This document shows, one piece after another, positions 6,656 through 13,257 of a DNA stretch of 13,257 nt. Origin of the DNA: Candidatus Undinarchaeales archaeon (lineage in GTDB: Archaea; SpSt-1190; JASMDC01); the NCBI GenBank assembly GCA_030753015.1, contig JASMDC010000063.1:1-13257 (forward strand), given 5' to 3'. Under the pieces are notes generated by a model. It did no database searches. It was given only the letters and a program-made list of their open reading frames with translations, and had not been told where the DNA came from. Numbering within the stretch: position 1 is the stretch's first letter; every line of letters begins with the position of its first letter. The position numbers and the translations under genes are program-made.

Positions 6656-8590
6656 TTGAGCGAGCAAGTAGATTCGCTGCCAGAGCGTCAGAAGGAAACG
6701 CTCGACGGAAAGAGCGCTCTAACGCAGTCCATCCTCGACGCGATGCCCGACCTGATGTTCCAGATCCGGAAGGACGGCACCTTCCTTAGCTACAAGGGGG
6801 GGGTGGACGAGCTGTACGCCCCTCCTGAGCAGTTCCTGGGGAAGAAGATCCACGAGGTGCTGCCCAAGAATCTCGCCGACCTGACGATGCGGAATATGAA
6901 GGCCGCTCTCGGTAATGGCGGGACGCAGACGTACGAGTACGAGCTGCCCATCAGCGACGAGACGCGATACTTCGAGTCGCGGATGGTCAAGAGCGGGACG
7001 GACGAGGTCGTCGCCGTCGTGCGCGACATCACCGAGAGGAAGAGGAACGAGCGTGAGATCCAAAGCTCCGAGGAGCGGCTCAAGGTAATCTTCGAACACG
7101 CTCCCGACGGATACTTCGTAAGCGACTTCAAGGGATACTTTACAGACGGGAACAAGGCCACTGAGGAGATCTGTGGCTTCAAGCGTGAGGACATCATCGG
7201 TACCAACATCCTGAGGAACTGTCCGATCGTACCCATTGACCAGGTACCTCTGGTGGCCAAGATACTTGCTCAGAACATCAAGGGGAAGTCCACGGGACCC
7301 GACGAGCTGGAGATCGTGCGCAAGGACGGAAAAAGGCACATGGTCGAGGTTAAGACGCTGGTCATGGAGATCAAGGGTGAGCCACGCGTGCTGGGAATCG
7401 TAAGGGACATCCACGAGCGCAAGGTGGCCGAAGCCCAGGTACGCGAGTACCAGGAACAGCTGACCTCCATCTTCCAGACCGTCCGGGACGGCCTTGCTCT
7501 CATCGACCTCTCTGGCGCCATACTGCGCGTCAATAAGGCGTTCGCCACCATCTCGGCCTACAAGGAGGACGAGCTCGTTGGTAAGCAGATCCACAAGCTG
7601 GAGATGTTCTCGAAGGCAGGGCGTGCACAGCTCATGACGGGATACGCCAAGATGCGGCTCGGCCGCCGGACACCTGCCTTCGAGCTAGAAGCGAGCAGGA
7701 AGGGCGGCGAGCGGTTCCACCTCGAGGTATCGGCCGATCCGATCAAGAAGGAGGGAGTGGTGGTCGGGATGGCGGTGTCGCTCAAGGACATCACCGACCG
7801 CAAGAGCCTGGAGGGAGAACTGCGAGAGCACGCAAAGAACCTGGAGGACGATGTACGGGCACGTACCAACGAGATGATCCAGTCGGAGAAGATGGCCTCG
7901 ATAGGGCTTCTTGTCGCAGGAGTGGCCCACGAGGTGAACAATCCCCTGGCGTTCATCAAGTCCAACTCCGAGGACATGCAAGAGGATATCGAGAATGTCC
8001 TGGAGAAGGTCAGCAAGAAAGGAGACGTTGATACGGAACTGCTGGACGAGGTCGACGCGCTCATCGAGACCAATCTCAAGGGTATCGACCGGATAGCGGA
8101 AATAACCAAGACGCTGAAGCGGTTCGCGCGCCCGGAGACGACCGAGATGGTGCCGTCGGACATCAACCAGGGGATACAGGACACGCTGGTCATGGTCCAC
8201 AACAAGATCAAGTACAGGGTCGAGGTCCTCGGGGACTATGGCGAGGTCCCCGCGGTGATGGGACACATCGGCCAGCTGAACCAGGTCTTCATGAACATCA
8301 TACTCAACGCGTCACAAGCAATGGACAAGGGTAACGTATGGGTCCGGACTTGGCATAAAGACGGCAATGTCATGGTGGAGATCCGCGACGATGGCAAGGG
8401 GATCCCGGAGAAGGACCTCGGCCGGATATTCGATCCCTTCTTCACGACGAAGGAGGGGGGGACAGGGCTCGGGCTCAGTGCGTGCTACAGGATCGTGCAG
8501 GAACACAACGGTTCCATTGATGTGAGGAGCACGGTAGGGAAGGGAACTGCTTTTACGATAACTTTACCGGTGGGTGGAAGGAATGGATGA
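6656..8590 (+). CDS. Soluble sensor histidine kinase 2 (PAS-PAS-PAS-HisKA-HATPase)
   Basis: Three PAS/PAC units (ending DITERK, DIHERK, DITDRK); HEVNNPL, QVFMNIILNA, DDGKGI, FDPFFTTK, GTGLGL. TTG 6656 follows SD GGTGA (6647-6651); the track start at 6599 is an alternative. Confidence 0.92.
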   Translation: MSEQVDSLPERQKETLDGKSALTQSILDAMPDLMFQIRKDGTFLSYKGGVDELYAPPEQFLGKKIHEVLPKNLADLTMRNMKAALGNGGTQTYEYELPISDETRYFESRMVKSGTDEVVAVVRDITERKRNEREIQSSEERLKVIFEHAPDGYFVSDFKGYFTDGNKATEEICGFKREDIIGTNILRNCPIVPIDQVPLVAKILAQNIKGKSTGPDELEIVRKDGKRHMVEVKTLVMEIKGEPRVLGIVRDIHERKVAEAQVREYQEQLTSIFQTVRDGLALIDLSGAILRVNKAFATISAYKEDELVGKQIHKLEMFSKAGRAQLMTGYAKMRLGRRTPAFELEASRKGGERFHLEVSADPIKKEGVVVGMAVSLKDITDRKSLEGELREHAKNLEDDVRARTNEMIQSEKMASIGLLVAGVAHEVNNPLAFIKSNSEDMQEDIENVLEKVSKKGDVDTELLDEVDALIETNLKGIDRIAEITKTLKRFARPETTEMVPSDINQGIQDTLVMVHNKIKYRVEVLGDYGEVPAVMGHIGQLNQVFMNIILNASQAMDKGNVWVRTWHKDGNVMVEIRDDGKGIPEKDLGRIFDPFFTTKEGGTGLGLSACYRIVQEHNGSIDVRSTVGKGTAFTITLPVGGRNG

Positions 8591-9506
8591 AGAAACGGAA
8601 GGGACCAGCTACAAGATCTTGATAGTGGACGACGACGTGGACGTCCTCAGGGCCCTTGAGCGGAACCTGACTAGGGCCAAGGATTTCAAGAGTGTCGTCG
8701 AAACGGCCAACAACGGCGAAGAGGCGCTCACGAAGTTGGCTGCACAGGAGTTCGCTCTCGTGATCTCGGACTTCAAGATGCCGGGCATGAGCGGCGTGGA
8801 CCTGTTGAAGCTTGTGAAGGAACGCTATCCTACTACAGTGCGCGCCCTCATCACCGGATATTCCGATGTGTCGATCGCCAGAGATGCTATCAATAGGGCA
8901 AAGATCGACCATTACATGGAGAAGCCCTGGGACCGCGATGAGATCCGTAGTGCGGTCAAGGGATTGCTGGACCTCCACGAGTTCAAGCGTCGTGTCGAGC
9001 TATCACCGGACACCGAGCAGACTGCAGAGGGTGAACAGCAGTTCTCCATGAATCCCGGATTCATCTACATGGTGGAAGAGCGGAAGGGGATGAAGAGCTT
9101 CGAGATCCTCTCCGACCTCGTCACCCATGGTCATGAGGGACTTGGCATCACCATCCAGTCGCCAAAGATCCTGCGACAGAGGTACGGGTTCGAAAAGACA
9201 CGCATCGTCTACATGGGGAAAGAACAGCACGGCGAGGAGTGGGTGGACGCTTCCGATATCGTGGCGATAGGCATCATCATCCGAAACTTCCTCGAAGAGG
9301 CGAAGAACGGTGTCGTCGTCATAGACGGTATCGAGTACCTCATCTCGTGCTTCAGCTTCGATACCATCGTCAAGCTCATCCAGAACCTCTACGAGTTCAA
9401 TACCTTCAACGGCTCGCTGATCATCTTCCCCGTGAATCCGAAAGCTCTTGAGAGGAAGGAGCTTGCGATCCTCGAACGCTACCTCGAGCCTGTCGGAGGT
9501 GAGTGA
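8583..9506 (+). CDS. Response regulator 2: REC + DUF835, paralogue of RR1
   Basis: ILIVDDD, ISDFKMP, LITG, EKPW, VVVIDGIEYL; aligns along its full length with 5559..6488 and overlaps the HK2 stop. Confidence 0.88.
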   Translation: MDEETEGTSYKILIVDDDVDVLRALERNLTRAKDFKSVVETANNGEEALTKLAAQEFALVISDFKMPGMSGVDLLKLVKERYPTTVRALITGYSDVSIARDAINRAKIDHYMEKPWDRDEIRSAVKGLLDLHEFKRRVELSPDTEQTAEGEQQFSMNPGFIYMVEERKGMKSFEILSDLVTHGHEGLGITIQSPKILRQRYGFEKTRIVYMGKEQHGEEWVDASDIVAIGIIIRNFLEEAKNGVVVIDGIEYLISCFSFDTIVKLIQNLYEFNTFNGSLIIFPVNPKALERKELAILERYLEPVGGE

Positions 9507-9508
9507 AC

Positions 9509-12112
9509 ATGAGCTTCCTCCTGGACCCACCGCTCCTGTTCGCCATGGGTTTCCTCGTCCACCTCTTGGGGAAGGCCCTCGGATGGGAGCGACGTGCCAA
9601 GATCGCCCTCGGTACGGGTGTGGTGGTGCTGTTCTGGGCGGTGAGCTCGCTCCTGTACCTGGACGTGCTGGGCTGCGTATTCCCGTGCTTCTGCTACGGT
9701 GTGACGTTGCTCCCGACAACAGTGTGTCATCAGGGGACACCTCCCGACGCCGCCACGTTCATGGTTTCGGGCGTGCCCTGGGTACCGTTCGTGGGGAACG
9801 TGCCGCCCTGGGCCGCGGCCGCGCTCTTCCTCCTCTACATCATCTGGGTGTTCATCGGGTACGACCTTGCGCTCAAGTTCACGAAGCGCAGGGTGAGCGA
9901 CGGGTCCGGATATATCTTCATCCTGGTCCTCTTCCCCTTGTGGACGCTCCTCGGTTACTGGGTCTCGGCGGAGGTAGGGGCTGCCGTCGGACCACCACTC
10001 GCCAACCTCCTGAACTATCTCCTGCGGACACAGATAACGACGGGCATCGGCTTCTCCAAGACCCTCCAGTTCGTGCTCAATCCGCTTTGTCTGGTCCTCG
10101 GCTACGCACTGGCACTATGGAGGACGGCTCCTCAGCCTGCCACCGGTCAGGTCTACAGCAAGGACGATGTCAAGAGCACCGGGCTCGACCTGGGCGACAC
10201 CCAGTTCGCGGTCGCCCGGGACGAGGATGCCGTGAAGTGCGTCCAGCAGGCCATCAAGGGACTCGGTACCAAGTGCGAGTGGATCGACGACAACGGCACT
10301 GCCGAGGACGCGATGAAGCATGTTGTCAAGGACGGGGACAGGGTCCTCATCAAGGTGAACATCTGCGGCGGTGTCGCCCAGCGAAAGGGTACCTGGACCT
10401 CGACCGACGTCGCCGGTGAGGTCGTCAGACTGGTGAAGGCCGCCGGCGGGAAGCCCTTCGTGTGCGATGCGGACATGATCTGGACCCACTTCTGGCCCGC
10501 GGCGGAGTTCAAAGGCTGGAAGCAGTGGGCCGAGGACAATGATGTCGAGCTCGTGAACCTGTCCGAGACCGATCGTGTGAGGTTCGACTTCGGTCTGGAT
10601 AGCCACTCCTGGGAAGTGGACGTCTCTAAAGAGATCGTCGAGGCCGACGTCATCATAACCGTTCCTGTGATGAAGACGCACGTGCTCACGGGAATCACCA
10701 TCGCCATGAAGAACATGTACGGCACCTATCCGCAGGTCGACAAGGCGATGTTCCATAAGAAGGGCATCGAGGATGTCATCTACTACGTGAACAAGGCGTT
10801 CACTCCCAACCTCGCCATCATCGACGGGAGCATCGGCGGGGAGGGGCAGGGACCGCTCACAGCGGACGATGTCAACTACCAGACCATCATCGCGTCGAAC
10901 GACGTGGTCTGTGCCGATGCCATCGCCTGCAGGATAATGGGTTACGATCCGCTTGAGGACATCATCCATCTTCGGTTGGCCCACGAGAGGAACCTAGGTG
11001 ACGGATCAGTGGACTTCGACCTCGATGAACTGCCCTATCCCCATCCAAAGGATGGGAACTGGAGGCGTCCGGACACTGATGTGTTCAGCTTCTATAACAG
11101 GTTCACCGAGGGCGTGCTCAATCTTCCCGTGCTCGGACCCCTGTTCAAGAGCTTCTTCAACATGGGCGCCGACTTCCTCATGTACGACACGGCCAAGCTT
11201 CCCACTATCGGGTACGTAACGCCCGGAGTGCTGACCGCCGTGCACGACGGATTCGACTGGGCGCTCGAAGGTCAGGAGGACACCGGTCCGGACGATAGAA
11301 GGAGGTGGAACAACACGTACATCCTCGCGTTCGTCGCCATCCTCTCCCTGGTCCTGTTCGTCCTGGACGGGTACGTGAGCCTCCTTACAGCTTTCCTTGT
11401 CCTCAACTTCGCCGGGTTCCTGGTGCTGGCATGGGTGATGGGTATCTGGATGGAGACAACGTCCTACATGGTGCTGATAGGGATCTCGGCGCTCTTGGGC
11501 TTCGTGCTCGAGTCCATCACGCCATCGGGCGGGATGTGGACCTATGCCAACGGGCTCATGCCCCCTCTGTCCGCGGTGCCCACCTGGGCCGTGCTCATGA
11601 CATCCATCTTCGCTCTCACGAGCGCGGTCGCTCCGTACCTCGAGTGGCTGGACGTGTTCAAGCGGCTGAGGAACGGCATCTGGGTGCTCCCTGGTTGGCT
11701 GTGCAGGACGCTACCGTTCCTGCTGGCGTCGGCCGGATTCGTCATCCTCCTACATTGGGAGGGCTACCTCAATCAGGCGCTAACGTCCTTCACCTGGAAG
11801 GCGTTCATCTGGCAGGGGCCGCAGGCGATGTGGGTGGTCTACCTCTATGTCGTGATGTGGCTCTTCGGGTTCTACTATGCACTGAGCCGCTCGATGGAAT
11901 GGAACGCTGCCCTGATGGTGTCAGGGATCGTCTTCGGCGGATGGATAGAGCTCATCGGCTGGCAGGCAGAGATGTGGTACTACCTCCATAACGGTACCCT
12001 TCCGCTCTTCCTGTGCATCGCGTGGGCGCTCAACGCGTTCGCCGTGCAGGGGCTCGCGTACGTAATCGGTTACGACCTGAAGGATGCTATCGTGAGGGGA
12101 CGCCAGAGCTAG
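9509..12112 (+). CDS. Multi-pass membrane protein with central DUF362 (COG2006-like) domain
   Basis: SD GGAGGTGA (9495-9502) before ATG 9509. About 5 N-terminal hydrophobic segments; DUF362-type motifs GDRVLIKVN, ADVIITVPVMKTH, ITIAMKNMYG, IIDG, D.V.ADAIA..IMG; about 8 C-terminal TM helices. Confidence 0.85.
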   Translation: MSFLLDPPLLFAMGFLVHLLGKALGWERRAKIALGTGVVVLFWAVSSLLYLDVLGCVFPCFCYGVTLLPTTVCHQGTPPDAATFMVSGVPWVPFVGNVPPWAAAALFLLYIIWVFIGYDLALKFTKRRVSDGSGYIFILVLFPLWTLLGYWVSAEVGAAVGPPLANLLNYLLRTQITTGIGFSKTLQFVLNPLCLVLGYALALWRTAPQPATGQVYSKDDVKSTGLDLGDTQFAVARDEDAVKCVQQAIKGLGTKCEWIDDNGTAEDAMKHVVKDGDRVLIKVNICGGVAQRKGTWTSTDVAGEVVRLVKAAGGKPFVCDADMIWTHFWPAAEFKGWKQWAEDNDVELVNLSETDRVRFDFGLDSHSWEVDVSKEIVEADVIITVPVMKTHVLTGITIAMKNMYGTYPQVDKAMFHKKGIEDVIYYVNKAFTPNLAIIDGSIGGEGQGPLTADDVNYQTIIASNDVVCADAIACRIMGYDPLEDIIHLRLAHERNLGDGSVDFDLDELPYPHPKDGNWRRPDTDVFSFYNRFTEGVLNLPVLGPLFKSFFNMGADFLMYDTAKLPTIGYVTPGVLTAVHDGFDWALEGQEDTGPDDRRRWNNTYILAFVAILSLVLFVLDGYVSLLTAFLVLNFAGFLVLAWVMGIWMETTSYMVLIGISALLGFVLESITPSGGMWTYANGLMPPLSAVPTWAVLMTSIFALTSAVAPYLEWLDVFKRLRNGIWVLPGWLCRTLPFLLASAGFVILLHWEGYLNQALTSFTWKAFIWQGPQAMWVVYLYVVMWLFGFYYALSRSMEWNAALMVSGIVFGGWIELIGWQAEMWYYLHNGTLPLFLCIAWALNAFAVQGLAYVIGYDLKDAIVRGRQS

Positions 12113-12200
12113 AATCGGTACCTGGTCCTTCTGTACATCAGTGAGAGGGTGCGCGGATCCGCGGATTTAGATCGGACATTCAGATACGTTCGCCTGCCCC

Positions 12201-12219
12201 GAAGAAATACCTATTTAAA
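12201..12219 (+). promoter_or_regulatory. BRE-like purine run plus TATA box for the Cys-repeat gene
   Basis: GAAGAAA followed by TATTTAAA; TTTAAA (12214-12219) lies 24-29 nt before ATG 12243. Confidence 0.6.
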
Positions 12220-12242
12220 CCATCCACGGGTTCGACTTTAGT

Positions 12243-13257
12243 ATGGGAAGAAGCATCATTGGGATCCTGTTCCCAATCTTTATGATCATCACGCTCCTGG
12301 GTGCAGGGGTCGACTGTACGACGGTCGCAGACTGTGGCGGTTCGGACCATCATTGCGAGGGTAACACTCTCGTGCAGAACGTGTGCACGCAAGGTTCTTG
12401 TATGCAGGACTTCCGCCCGTGCGAGAACTCGTACTATGATAACGGTCCAGCAGTGTGTCAGGAGGGTGCGTGCGCTCGTGCCCCTGATGCGCCCGTACCT
12501 ACCACCAGTAGTGGCAGCTGCACGACGGTCTCCGACTGCGGAGGCTCGGACCACCATTGCGAGGGTAACACTCTCGTGCAGAACGTGTGTTCCCAAGGTT
12601 CTTGTATGCAGGACTTCCGTCCGTGCGAGAACTCGTACTATGACAACGGTCCAGCCGTATGTCAGAACGGTGCATGCGCTCGTGCCCCCGACACCGCCGG
12701 GCCGGTGATCAGTGAAAGCGGCTGCACTACGGTCGCTGACTGCGGCGGCTCGGACCACCACTGCGAGGGTAACACTCTCGTGCAGACCGTGTGCACACAA
12801 GGTTCTTGTTCGCTGGACTTCCGTCCCTGCGAGAACTCCTACTACGATAACGGTCCAGCCGTATGTCAGGAGGGTGCGTGCGCGCGTGCTCCCGACTCAG
12901 CGGGTCCTGTCATCGATGACAACAGCTGCACGACGGTCTCCGACTGCGGTGGCTCGGACCACCATTGCGAGGGTAACACGCTAGTGCAGACCGTGTGCTC
13001 CCAGAGTTCCTGTGTGCTCGACTTCCGTCCGTGCGAGAACTCGTACTATGATAATGGCCCCGCCGTATGTCAGAACGGTGCATGCGCTCGTGCTCCCGAC
13101 ACGACCGGGCCGGTGATCAGTGAAAGCGGCTGCACGACCGTCGCTGACTGTGGCGGCTCGGATCACCACTGTGAGGGTAACACACTTGTGCAGACGGTGT
13201 GCTCACAGGGTTCTTGTTCGCTGGACTTCCGTCCGTGCGAGAACTCGTACTACGATA
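12243..13257 (+). CDS. Secreted or surface cysteine-rich tandem-repeat protein (3' end beyond window; absent from supplied ORF track)
   Basis: Manual translation is open to the window end: MGRSIIGILFPIFMIITLLGAGVD (signal-peptide-like), then repeats of CTTV[A/S]DCGGSDHHCEGNTLVQxVCxQxSCxxDFRPCENSYYDNGPAVCQ[E/N]GACARAPD plus a 10-aa linker. Synonymous variation between units supports this frame. Confidence 0.9.
   Translation, partial: MGRSIIGILFPIFMIITLLGAGVDCTTVADCGGSDHHCEGNTLVQNVCTQGSCMQDFRPCENSYYDNGPAVCQEGACARAPDAPVPTTSSGSCTTVSDCGGSDHHCEGNTLVQNVCSQGSCMQDFRPCENSYYDNGPAVCQNGACARAPDTAGPVISESGCTTVADCGGSDHHCEGNTLVQTVCTQGSCSLDFRPCENSYYDNGPAVCQEGACARAPDSAGPVIDDNSCTTVSDCGGSDHHCEGNTLVQTVCSQSSCVLDFRPCENSYYDNGPAVCQNGACARAPDTTGPVISESGCTTVADCGGSDHHCEGNTLVQTVCSQGSCSLDFRPCENSYYD
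12315..13257 (+). repeat. Coding tandem repeat, 204-bp (68-aa) unit, at least 4.6 copies
   Basis: Units begin at 12315, 12519, 12723, 12927 and 13131, an exact 204-bp period with no indels. Confidence 0.96.

Larger units (their letters stand above)
3527..9490 (+). repeat. Tandem paralogous duplication of an HK-RR cassette
   Basis: PAS1 3527..3826 matches 6746..7045 (offset 3219). The kinase core through the RR start matches at offset 3024 (4853 vs 7877; 5559 vs 8583). The intervening sensor domains do not share this close similarity. Confidence 0.9.

Noticed and set aside
733-11991. Long antisense and off-frame ORFs (e.g. 2632..3459-, 4282..5199-, 6719..7594-, 9448..10419+, 10115..10984-, 11305..11991+)
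   Set aside because: They overlap well-supported + strand genes, have no recognisable motifs, and are expected from high GC3 codon bias.
12153-12166. Overlapping palindromes GCGGATCCGC / ATCCGCGGAT
   Set aside because: Short, GC-rich and single-copy, with no supporting context.
12180-13169. Track ORFs 12180..12800(-), 12301..12708(+), 12712..12984(+), 12981..13169(-)
   Set aside because: These are alternative-frame shadows of the Cys-repeat gene starting at 12243, which has the promoter, the signal peptide and conserved translation.
12315-13257. CRISPR array or non-coding repeat
   Set aside because: The unit is 204 bp, in frame, with synonymous variation and no unique spacers; it is a coding repeat.

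Overview
GC-rich, probably archaeal window (Thermoplasmata-like; inferred from REC-DUF835 regulators, a single-domain KaiC/RAD55 ATPase, GGTGA Shine-Dalgarno motifs and TATA boxes about 25-30 nt before start codons). All credible genes are on the + strand. In order: a chimeric ORF ending in half a cold-shock domain; an intact cold-shock protein; a putative lipoprotein with a caspase-like His-Gly...Ser-Cys dyad; a signalling cluster (membrane-anchored TackOD1-like zinc-ribbon protein, KaiC-like ATPase, then two tandem PAS histidine kinase + REC-DUF835 cassettes with different internal sensor domains); a large membrane protein with a central DUF362 domain; and a gene missing from the supplied ORF track (12243 to window end) encoding a signal peptide plus at least 4.6 tandem 68-aa, 8-cysteine repeats with an alternating A/B pattern. 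Domain names come from recognising motifs by eye, not from database searches.
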